Positions 1 to 7,595 of a stretch of DNA of 57,723 nt are shown here, piece by piece. Location of the stretch: assembly GCA_964444955.1 (NCBI GenBank), contig CAYUJB010000003.1, positions 1 to 57,723 on the forward strand. The letters run 5' to 3'. The DNA comes from an uncultured Candidatus Saccharibacteria bacterium (GTDB lineage: Bacteria; Patescibacteriota; Minisyncoccia; 2-02-FULL-40-12; GWA2-44-9). The position numbers were made by a program, and so were the translations under genes. Under the pieces are notes generated by a model. It was not told where the DNA came from and did no database searches. It saw nothing but the letters and a program-made list of their open reading frames with translations. Position 1 is the first letter of the stretch. Every line of letters begins with the position of its first letter.

Positions 1-241
1 GGATGTAGGCGGTGACTTCCATACCATTGGAAAGGCGGACGCGGGCGATTTTGCGCAGTGCTGAGTTTGGCTTCTTCGGGGTCGTGGTGGTCACTTTGAC
101 GCACACGCCGCGCTTGTAAGGGCTCGGGTTGGCGACGGGACGGTTCTTGAGATGATTGAAACCGAACGCCAACGCAGGCGATTTGGTCTTCGCCCGTGCA
201 ATCCTGCGCGGTGAACTCATAATTTGATTGAATGTCGGCAT
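1..241 (-). CDS. rpsL: 30S ribosomal protein S12 (partial, runs off window start)
   Basis: Manual translation from ATG at 241: [13 protein letters not shown]...[38 protein letters not shown], the S12 signature. Confidence 0.97.
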   Translation of the reverse strand, partial: MPTFNQIMSSPRRIARAKTKSPALAFGFNHLKNRPVANPSPYKRGVCVKVTTTTPKKPNSALRKIARVRLSNGMEVTAYI

Positions 242-263
242 ACGTAGAGCAGGACGTAGTGTA

Positions 264-914
264 TCAGAACAAGCGTTGACCTGTCAATAACGTGAACAAA
301 CCCGCCATCACCGGAGAGAGCGCGGGAAATATGAAGAAGATGGTGATGGCCAACAACATCCACTGATAACGATAGAGGGCGACCTTGAGCGCGGTGAAGC
401 GCGCCGGCAGAAAGGTCATGAGTAGCCAGTGACCATCGAGCGGCGGAATGGGGATGAGATTGAAAAACGCCAGGACGATATTGATCCAGACCACGTAGCC
501 CAAGAGCGCAATGAGCATTCCCGTCACACCACTACTAATGGCAATGCGAATAACAATGCCGGCGAGCACCGCAAGCACAAGATTGACCGCTGGACCGGCG
601 AGTGCGACCTTGGCGGGACCGTAATGACGATCATCGAGTGCGTTGGGGTCGTAGGGCACCGGCTTGGCATAGCCAAACATGAATCCCCCAGCAAGCTGCG
701 TGATAATAGGAAGGATGACCGAGCCAAACATATCCAGGTGCGAGAGTGGGTTGAGGGTCAAGCGTCCCATGCGCTCTGCGGTCTGATCCCCCATCGAACG
801 CGCCATGTAGCCGTGCGAAAGCTCGTGGAGCACCACGGAATAGATGAGGACGACGATCTGGAATATACTCAAGAGAAGTGATGAATCCATAGGATTTGTA
901 GTGGGTCTTGCCAA
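264..914 (-). CDS. Site-2 protease family (M50) membrane metalloprotease
   Basis: HELSH zinc motif, [10 protein letters not shown] motif and several TM segments. The start may be the second Met (MDSS). Confidence 0.9.
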   Translation of the reverse strand: MARPTTNPMDSSLLLSIFQIVVLIYSVVLHELSHGYMARSMGDQTAERMGRLTLNPLSHLDMFGSVILPIITQLAGGFMFGYAKPVPYDPNALDDRHYGPAKVALAGPAVNLVLAVLAGIVIRIAISSGVTGMLIALLGYVVWINIVLAFFNLIPIPPLDGHWLLMTFLPARFTALKVALYRYQWMLLAITIFFIFPALSPVMAGLFTLLTGQRLF

Positions 915-947
915 ATTATCAGTTTTCCGCTACTATGTCCAAACGAT

Positions 948-1166
948 ATGGCCGTCAAATGCCCACAATGTCATAAAGGTTCCCGCATGGTCACCAGCCG
1001 TGTGCTGTTGCGCGGTCACTACAACCCCACCGGCAAGACCCGCAAGAAGCCCAATCTCCAATGGGCAAAGCTCGATGGCAAGCGCGTGCGCATCTGCACC
1101 GACTGCATCAAGACCCTCTCCAAGAAACCCCGCGCTGCAGCAGCAAAGATCGCAGCCACCGCATAA
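948..1166 (+). CDS. rpmB: 50S ribosomal protein L28
   Basis: CPQC...NPTGKTRKKPNLQ...RICTDCIK matches the zinc-binding L28 type. Confidence 0.93.
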   Translation: MAVKCPQCHKGSRMVTSRVLLRGHYNPTGKTRKKPNLQWAKLDGKRVRICTDCIKTLSKKPRAAAAKIAATA

Positions 1167-1170
1167 AAAC

Positions 1171-1196
1171 AGCCCCCGCCGATGGCGGGGGGCTTT
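1171..1196. terminator. Intrinsic terminator between convergent genes
   Basis: Stem agcccccgcc/ggcggggggct flanked by A and T runs. Confidence 0.75.
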
Positions 1197-1205
1197 GCGT
1201 AGCGC

Positions 1206-1514
1206 TCAGTGGAGATGCAAGAGCATCTCGCGAAGAATGAACCGCTGGCACGAAAGGAGCGTGAACCCGAGCGGCGTGGAGATATCCCGACGGTGGCACG
1301 CCGCGAACAACGCTTGCCGCTTCTTCTCGAAGTCATTGGCGTGAATCATGTCCTGCTGTGGCGACGGCCGATGAAACGTTGCGGTGATGCGGTCGACGAC
1401 GGTGATGCTTGCCGCCTGCATCACGTCTCGATACAGCGGCCCCAACTCGGTGTCCGTGGTCACGCGACCGATGAACTTCTCCAGCGGCGCGGTTTTCAAC
1501 TTCTTCGCTGACAT
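1206..1514 (-). CDS. Hypothetical protein (102 aa)
   Basis: ATG directly follows the TAA of the upstream ORF and the ORF ends at a terminator. No recognised motif. Confidence 0.55.
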   Translation of the reverse strand: MSAKKLKTAPLEKFIGRVTTDTELGPLYRDVMQAASITVVDRITATFHRPSPQQDMIHANDFEKKRQALFAACHRRDISTPLGFTLLSCQRFILREMLLHLH

Positions 1515-1832
1515 TTATTTCATTGCTCCTGGGGTAGTGGTACGGGAACGTCGAAGCGCGTACTGCACGAGCTTCGACAGGGTGAGATTAGGAACGGCAA
1601 CCCGCCGGGCTTTGCAGGCCGTCCGCAGGTTGTATTCGGCAAGCTCAACTGCGCTTCGCCAATGCCCGAGACTTTGCTCGGTTGGCATACGCATCTCGCC
1701 GAAGAAAACGCGAAGCTCGGCATCAATAAGCGAGCGAGCGGCTTGCTGAAATGACACGAGATGCGTCTTGAGCTCATCATCTTGGAGACATCGCTCCACA
1801 AATGCTGGAACTAACACAACGGTCCTGGCCAT
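1515..1832 (-). CDS. Hypothetical protein (about 105 aa, start revised from 2030)
   Basis: SD-like GAGGTGG 8 nt before ATG at 1832 (MARTVV). The upstream extension in the ORF track runs through hairpins and tRNA fragments. Confidence 0.55.
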   Translation of the reverse strand: MARTVVLVPAFVERCLQDDELKTHLVSFQQAARSLIDAELRVFFGEMRMPTEQSLGHWRSAVELAEYNLRTACKARRVAVPNLTLSKLVQYALRRSRTTTPGAMK

Positions 1833-2035
1833 GTAGTCTTCCACCTCGATTCTAAAAGAGATGCATACAATAGCACCTCTTTTAGAATCCGTCAATGGTT
1901 CGTTGTCGGGCTGTCGGGAATCGCCCTCGGTCAATGATTCGCCGTCGCGAGTCATTGCCTCGGGGCCGCGCCTCCGGGCGGCGACTTCTGTCGCCACATC
2001 CGTCCGGCGGTCCGATTCCGACTGCACCATCCGTG

Positions 2036-2075
2036 TATCTAAAAATAACTCCCACGTGGGAGTTATTTTTAGATA
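2036..2075. repeat. Perfect 40-bp palindrome directly 3' of tRNA-Pro
   Basis: tatctaaaaataactcccac followed by its exact reverse complement gtgggagttatttttagata, with no loop. Confidence 0.95.
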
Positions 2076-2076
2076 G

Positions 2077-2150
2077 TGGTCGGGCTGTCGGGAATCGGAC
2101 CCGAGTTACATGACCCCCAGCCATGCGTAATGCCATTATACCACAGCCCG
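2077..2150 (-). tRNA. tRNA-Pro(GGG)
   Basis: Acceptor stem CGGGCTG/CAGCCCG plus ACCA, anticodon arm CATGG-CTGGGGG-TCATG, T arm TCGGG-TCCGATT-CCCGA. Confidence 0.93.
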
Positions 2151-2307
2151 TACTGAGGAGTCGTACCGAGGTGGCTCTTGGTACGATCCGAACGCCCGGG
2201 CTGAAAGCTTTGCTTACAGCCCGAATAGTCGATGGATTCTATCGTAAAAATTACACTTCGTCTACATTCTTATAAAAAACACCCCCGCCGGTGGGCGGGG
2301 GTGGGAG

Positions 2308-2952
2308 CTATGCGGACTCATCAACGAAGATGAACTTGGCAACGGGGTCGTGCGTTGCCAGCTCTCGCCACGGATAACCGCTGAGCCAGAGACGGCCATC
2401 GACTCCAGCACTGACCAGAACCAGTATCGTGTGGGTATCGCGCGGATTCTTGAGCGGATTCATGGCAAGACGACAAATATCGCCGCGAGGCTGGTCTCGA
2501 TACGCGAGGCGCGCAGCAAAACCGATTTCCGCCGGACAAATCGACCAACCTCTCTGACTGGCTCGCTCGAAAATCTCCTGCTCACTTGCTGGCCGAGTAA
2601 ATCCCAGCTCAGCCACCGACGTGATGACGGCGGCGATGTCCCGGACTGGTGCTGGTGAAAGCGAGATATCTTTTGCGACATCCGAACACGTCGCACCGAC
2701 GATCATCCCCTCTCCATTGAGAGCGCGGAAATAGTCGAGTTCCGTGGTGTACACTCCTAGAGTGCAAGCGAAAACCTTCATGCGGTCCCTTTCTATTGGT
2801 AATGTGCGGTGAAATAGTATATCACGAAATATTTTTAGGTCAACAAAACCGCCGAGATGGCGGTTCTGGTGTAGCCCGGTCGGTTCCAGAGAAGCACTTA
2901 GCACTTTACGTAGAGTCATCCGTGAAGACGAAACTATAGTGGGTGACCGCAC
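2308..2952 (-). CDS. Uncharacterised CPR-type protein
   Basis: SVAELGF...EIFERA...ICPAEIG..ARLAYRDQP...LWL...F.F pattern, which I recall as frequent in Parcubacteria. Followed by a terminator hairpin near 2281-2302. Confidence 0.7.
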   Translation of the reverse strand: MRSPTIVSSSRMTLRKVLSASLEPTGLHQNRHLGGFVDLKIFRDILFHRTLPIERDRMKVFACTLGVYTTELDYFRALNGEGMIVGATCSDVAKDISLSPAPVRDIAAVITSVAELGFTRPASEQEIFERASQRGWSICPAEIGFAARLAYRDQPRGDICRLAMNPLKNPRDTHTILVLVSAGVDGRLWLSGYPWRELATHDPVAKFIFVDESA

Positions 2953-3073
2953 TCCCGACAGAACAAGCCGCCGGGACTGATATAGGTCTCCCGAAATGCA
3001 AAGAGTTGTCCTAAGGCTTCTGCAGATCTGACCGAGCTGTCTTCATCATAATAGGCCGCCAATCTGCCGCAAG

Positions 3074-3101
3074 TTGACATACTAAATATATGTGCTAGAA
3101 T
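3074..3101 (+). promoter_or_regulatory. Near-consensus sigma70 promoter
   Basis: TTGACA, 16-nt spacer, TG-C-TAGAAT. Followed by the inverted repeat atcgag-tatagt-ctcgat (3109-3126) and SD AGGAG. Confidence 0.7.
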
Positions 3102-3146
3102 CTATCCTATCGAGTATAGTCTCGATTTTCAGGAGAACTTTCACAA

Positions 3147-3695
3147 ATGAACATGCATACGGCGGTTGCTACGGTCGATCTCCAGAACGCTGAAATCGTT
3201 CCCACCAACCCGCGAATACTTGCGGCTGCCGAAGTTCTCGGTGCCGAGCCCGGAGCGCTGGTCACGAGCATCCACAATCAGCTTATGTCGCCTGTCTGTC
3301 GAGGGCTGTACGTCGGCCTCGACATCGGACAAGCCAAACTCACGCCGAAACAGTTTCGCGAAGTGATGGTGGCTTTCTTGGGGAGAGAACCCCTGGCGCA
3401 GGATATCTCGAGTGTCGTTGACCCCAATCATCGCAATGTCTCCACGTCTGGTGCAACGCGTCTTCTGGATGGGTACCTCGAGGATGTCCTCTTTGTGCTC
3501 CGGACAGGACGCGAACAGGTACCCGCGCTCGACCACCTGATGACTGCCTGGCTGGTGATCACCTTCGACGGCGAAGAGGGTGCTCTCGCCAAGCTCGAAC
3601 AGTGGAGTCGCGAGCATGGCACCGGCGAGCGGCTGACCCGATTCCTTCGCAATAAGATGGCGAAGTCGGCAGCGTTCGAGGAGCTCATGGACTAA
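3147..3695 (+). CDS. Hypothetical protein (182 aa)
   Basis: Promoter and SD upstream; TAATG coupling to the next gene. Confidence 0.7.
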   Translation: MNMHTAVATVDLQNAEIVPTNPRILAAAEVLGAEPGALVTSIHNQLMSPVCRGLYVGLDIGQAKLTPKQFREVMVAFLGREPLAQDISSVVDPNHRNVSTSGATRLLDGYLEDVLFVLRTGREQVPALDHLMTAWLVITFDGEEGALAKLEQWSREHGTGERLTRFLRNKMAKSAAFEELMD

Positions 3696-4894
3696 TGTCT
3701 ATCTTGAGTTCAGCGGCCGAAATAGTCACCGATGGCAAGCGGTGGGATCAGAACCCCTTTCTTGCCATCGGAATTACTCCCAAAATTCTTCAAGCAGGAT
3801 TAACCGATGAAGACTTATTCGCCATCTGCCAAAAGATAGCTCGATCTCGTCTCGCGGAGGCACATCCGGATCGCTCCAATGAGGAAAATGAAGAGCAGCG
3901 CGTCTTCTCTACCGCATTTGGATTTCTCAAGAATCCCACTACGTTTGATATCGCGCTCAAAGAACTGCGCGATATCGCTTCAGGAGAACTGCACGAGCTG
4001 TCTCGACTGAAGCGTGATCTTGCTCGCCTCAAGCAGGAACAAGAGAACGCTTACGAGCACGCTGCGAGCATCTCCGCGGAGAGCGCCAAAATCCGAGCTC
4101 GCACTGAACCGGTCGAGGCGTTCCTCATGGCCTATCTGCGCGCCAGCGCGCTCCGCATCGAGAAACGCAAGCCCATCGATTGGGCAATTCCGGGGGCTGA
4201 AGTTCATGGAACCAGCCAGAAGATCCGGTATGCGATGCTCTGGGCGCATCCGAATACCTCGGCACATCCGTCCGCACGTCACCTCGAAAATTTCATCGGA
4301 AATCTTCTCGACCGTGCTAAGAAAGAAGGAGGGTTCCCGTGGGATGTCGTGGGGACAACGAAGCCGCGAACCGTGCACGAGCACGACTTCAAGAGCAACG
4401 TGAGCACCATCATCACACTCGAGCAGCACCGCAAGCTCGAAGCTCAATACCCGCACGCCCTTCTGGACTTGCGCTACATGAGCGAAGCGATGCGTGTAAA
4501 AACAACGACCGCCAATCGCGCAGTGCATGCCGCCGACATCATCTGCGGTATGCGCGCATCGAGCATCACGCCAGATCGGGTCATGCTGGTGAGTACAACG
4601 GGGGGTTCGTTCACTCGGTATTTGATCCTCGGATCACTACAACCCCCGAACAATCCCCACGACATGCCGGTTACAAGGTTCGGCAGTGCGGGATTTCCTG
4701 AACTGCCGTGGGAGTCGGCAATTCTCGGCAACAAGCTTGTACCAGTTCTTTATCCTGGATGGCTGTTGGTCGGGATGAAGGTCAAGGAGATCACTACACG
4801 CGCTCCCCTTGAGCACAAGCCGACCGTGGGTCTCTTCCGAAGCATGCAACCCGACCCCCTGGTGGTGTTGGGAAGCATCCTGTCTATCGAGTAG
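3695..4894 (+). CDS. Protein with a degenerate N-terminal J-domain, a coiled coil and an unknown C-terminal domain
   Basis: NPFLAIG...ARSRLAEAHPDR...FSTAFGFLKNP follows the DnaJ J-domain pattern (PYxxLG...HPD...AY..L.DP). Confidence 0.6.
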   Translation: MSILSSAAEIVTDGKRWDQNPFLAIGITPKILQAGLTDEDLFAICQKIARSRLAEAHPDRSNEENEEQRVFSTAFGFLKNPTTFDIALKELRDIASGELHELSRLKRDLARLKQEQENAYEHAASISAESAKIRARTEPVEAFLMAYLRASALRIEKRKPIDWAIPGAEVHGTSQKIRYAMLWAHPNTSAHPSARHLENFIGNLLDRAKKEGGFPWDVVGTTKPRTVHEHDFKSNVSTIITLEQHRKLEAQYPHALLDLRYMSEAMRVKTTTANRAVHAADIICGMRASSITPDRVMLVSTTGGSFTRYLILGSLQPPNNPHDMPVTRFGSAGFPELPWESAILGNKLVPVLYPGWLLVGMKVKEITTRAPLEHKPTVGLFRSMQPDPLVVLGSILSIE

Positions 4895-4936
4895 TTGTCG
4901 TACACCTCTGGTGCCCCGTGGCGCCAGAGGTTTTTC

Positions 4937-5440
4937 TTACTCTTGTTCGCGAAGCGTAAGCTTGGTGTAGCCAGGTTTGTGTGCTACGAGTTCTTCGGGC
5001 TTAAACCACACTGCAATTTCGGTAGCGGCGTTTTCTGGCGAGTCACTTGCGTGCACGAGATTGAATACGCCAATTTTATTTTCATCCGAATAGCGATAGC
5101 TTACGTGCGCGAAGTCACCTCGAATTGTCCCCGGAGCTGCTGCTTTCGGCTCAGTGGCACCGATCAGTTTGCGAACCACTTCGACGATATCGACTCCCTC
5201 CCACACCATAGCCACGATGGGCCCCATAGTCAGCATCTCAATCATGAGCGCACGCACGTGCTCTCCACGGCGCTTCGCTAAATCTTCGGTGTAGTGGAGC
5301 TTGGCGGTATCTTCGGACGACGCCAATAATTTCATGCCGACAAGCTTGGCGCCAATGCGCTCAAAACGGGAGAGGATTTCGCCGAGGATTCCCCTGTCGA
5401 CTGCGTCCGGCTTCAGAAGTACGAGTGTTCGTTCGAGCAT
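4937..5440 (-). CDS. ndk: Nucleoside diphosphate kinase
   Basis: ERTLVLLKPDAV, PGTIRGDF and VHASDS motifs. Confidence 0.97.
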   Translation of the reverse strand: MLERTLVLLKPDAVDRGILGEILSRFERIGAKLVGMKLLASSEDTAKLHYTEDLAKRRGEHVRALMIEMLTMGPIVAMVWEGVDIVEVVRKLIGATEPKAAAPGTIRGDFAHVSYRYSDENKIGVFNLVHASDSPENAATEIAVWFKPEELVAHKPGYTKLTLREQE

Positions 5441-6932
5441 CGTGATGTAATATTAGATTTGCTTGTCCACGATACAGGGAAATGAGCCATGTCGCAAGAG
5501 CGACGTAGAGCGCGATCATGAGGGGAATTGAGAGTGAAATACTGAGCGCCGCATGTGGAAGTTGAGAGAAATACTGCACGATAGAAAGCTGAATAGCGGC
5601 AACGAGCCACGCCAATTGACCGATGAGTAGCCCCGCCCACGGCCACAGCACGCCCGCAACTGCGGTAGCAAATCCCAATGCCATTGCGATGGGCACGAGT
5701 GGCAGCACCAGGATATTTACGGGGAGCGTATAGACCGCCAAAATGCCAAACACGCGCAGCAACAAGGGCAACACGAGCACTTGCGCGGCAAGCGTGGTCG
5801 AAATGAGTGACGCCAACATTGGCCATCGCACCACGCGGGCGACAAGTGGCTCCAGAAGCGGCTGTACGTAGACGATGCCAGCGAACGCAAGAAACGAAAG
5901 TTGAAATCCTACATCCCACCGCAAGAGGAGCGGATTGTAGAGCACCATCGCCGCACCAGTGACCGCAATGGCTATGGTGGCATCGCCCAGTCGTCCTAAC
6001 CGCTGCGCCGTCATAGCAAGTACCCCCATGACAGCGGCGCGCACCACTGAAGACCCGCCGCCCACAAACACCACAAAGAGCCCGATCGCGCCCAGCGCAA
6101 TCCAGTACGCACGACGCGTACCCAGCGGTGCCAGAAGCGCCATGAGTACCGTAACCAGAATAGTGATGTTGTAGCCGGAGAGCGCCACAATGTGACTCGT
6201 TCCCGTACGCGCAAATGCATCTTTGAGTCCTGCGCTAATGTTGCCCTTGGCGCCTACGAGAATACCGGTCAGAAATCCTGCTTCCGGCTCCGGTACGGCT
6301 CGCGCGATGGCATCTTTGAGCGCCAGCCGCAGCGTGGCAAGCTGGCGCACACCCCTCACCCGCGCACGCAGCGCGCGCGACGCTTCGCTGGTGGGTGGGA
6401 CATCGTAAACGGGAAAATACATGGTGGCGTGAATACCCTCTTTGGCGAGGTAGCCGACGTAATCAAAATCGGCGAAGTTTTTGGGTTGCTGAATCTTGCC
6501 TTTGAGTAGCAGCCATTGCCCTTGGCGTGGACGGATCCAATCAGGGCCGGATACCAACACTCGATCATCGACACGAACACGCGCATCGTCAGTAATTATT
6601 TCCAGTACGTGAAAGGTATATCGCCCGCCTGTGGCCGTTTTTTCAAAGTCACCGTCCACGTACCCACTGAGGGTGACCGCGGGCTTTGATGCGGAAACAT
6701 CCCAAAGCACGGATTGCTGACTGATGACACTGCTTGCCCGCCAAATACCAAAGGCGGCGGCGATGCAAATCGAGCCCGCGAGGGTCGCCCACGGGCGGCG
6801 CATCAGTAGTGTGCCGCCACCCAATGCCACCAGCGCCCACAAAAGCACGTCACCTACCACGAGCCACGATGCCAAAGCAACACCCGCAATGAGAGCGCAA
6901 CATACCCACAAAAATATCCGGGAAGGATGCAT
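5361..6932 (-). CDS. comEC: ComEC/Rec2 DNA-uptake channel (no metallo-beta-lactamase domain)
   Basis: GTSHIVALSGYNI, SVVRAAVMG and DVGFQLSF competence-domain motifs. The 3' end overlaps the ndk start. Confidence 0.92.
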   Translation of the reverse strand: MHPSRIFLWVCCALIAGVALASWLVVGDVLLWALVALGGGTLLMRRPWATLAGSICIAAAFGIWRASSVISQQSVLWDVSASKPAVTLSGYVDGDFEKTATGGRYTFHVLEIITDDARVRVDDRVLVSGPDWIRPRQGQWLLLKGKIQQPKNFADFDYVGYLAKEGIHATMYFPVYDVPPTSEASRALRARVRGVRQLATLRLALKDAIARAVPEPEAGFLTGILVGAKGNISAGLKDAFARTGTSHIVALSGYNITILVTVLMALLAPLGTRRAYWIALGAIGLFVVFVGGGSSVVRAAVMGVLAMTAQRLGRLGDATIAIAVTGAAMVLYNPLLLRWDVGFQLSFLAFAGIVYVQPLLEPLVARVVRWPMLASLISTTLAAQVLVLPLLLRVFGILAVYTLPVNILVLPLVPIAMALGFATAVAGVLWPWAGLLIGQLAWLVAAIQLSIVQYFSQLPHAALSISLSIPLMIALYVALATWLISLYRGQANLILHHDARTNTRTSEAGRSRQGNPRRNPLPF

Positions 6933-7112
6933 GCGGGCAACGCTAGCATATGTTAGATGAATTTACATCCCGGCCGCTCCGGCACCCGCATCGGTCTCGC
7001 ACACGGATGATGCCTTCGCCGATATCGGGTGCCTGCGCTGACAGCGTCTCGTTCTGTGCGTATCGATCCGTCCGACAACGGCTAAAATGGCCGTTTTAGC
7101 CGTTCAAAGAAA

Positions 7113-7134
7113 CAACCCCTCCTAGGAGGGGTTG
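7113..7134. repeat. Perfect 22-bp palindrome, with a second inverted repeat at 7077-7104
   Basis: caacccctcctaggaggggttg; aacggctaaaa-tggccg-ttttagccgtt. Confidence 0.9.
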
Positions 7135-7517
7135 GAAGTTTCGGATGCTGGATCTGGGAGTACGGGACGACAGAAGACAGTAAACTCCCAGTAGCTGTAC
7201 ACGAGTATGATCACGCCTAAGGATATGCCGTAGACATCGTTGCTCGTCATCCCGGAAACTCCGAAACAGAGGTGGGTCGCAGATGCTATCGCAAAGAAGA
7301 GTGGGTGTACTACCTTCGGAAGAATTACCACGTAACACCAGGCAGCCACGAGCGTGAAAAATGCAAAAATAGGGAATCCGAGAACTTGCATCAAACTTGC
7401 CTGAGGATCAAATGTGGCCAGCAAGCTGAGAATTCCCCAAACGACCAGGATGGGCCCGCAAAATAATCCATACAGCAAGAAGACTATTGATACTGCTTGC
7501 ACAAATCTTGAATGCAT
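7122..7517 (-). CDS. Hypothetical 4-TM membrane protein (start revised)
   Basis: SD AGGAGG before ATG at 7517 (MHSRF); four hydrophobic segments. Confidence 0.65.
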   Translation of the reverse strand: MHSRFVQAVSIVFLLYGLFCGPILVVWGILSLLATFDPQASLMQVLGFPIFAFFTLVAAWCYVVILPKVVHPLFFAIASATHLCFGVSGMTSNDVYGISLGVIILVYSYWEFTVFCRPVLPDPASETSNPS

Positions 7518-7533
7518 ACCAACCTCCTGCCAT

Positions 7534-7572
7534 AAAAAGAGCGATGGATGATTATATCCCATCGCTCTTTTT
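7534..7572. terminator. Terminator downstream of nrdJ
   Basis: aaaaagagcgatgg...ccatcgctcttttt inverted repeat. Confidence 0.75.
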
Positions 7573-7595
7573 TGTACAGTATTGGGTACGATCCC

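Noticed and set aside
2135-2146. Extended -10 (TGTGGTATAAT) inside the 5' end of tRNA-Pro
   Set aside because: The sequence is dictated by tRNA acceptor and D-arm constraints; there is no evidence of promoter use.
2144-2203. Hammerhead ribozyme (CTGAGGAG...GAA) upstream of tRNA-Pro
   Set aside because: The GAAA core is out of register and there is no stem III or NUH site.
5361-5440. comEC overlapping ndk by 80 bp as a frameshift or fusion
   Set aside because: Both genes have intact motifs; the overlap is most simply a lost stop codon with a low-complexity extension.
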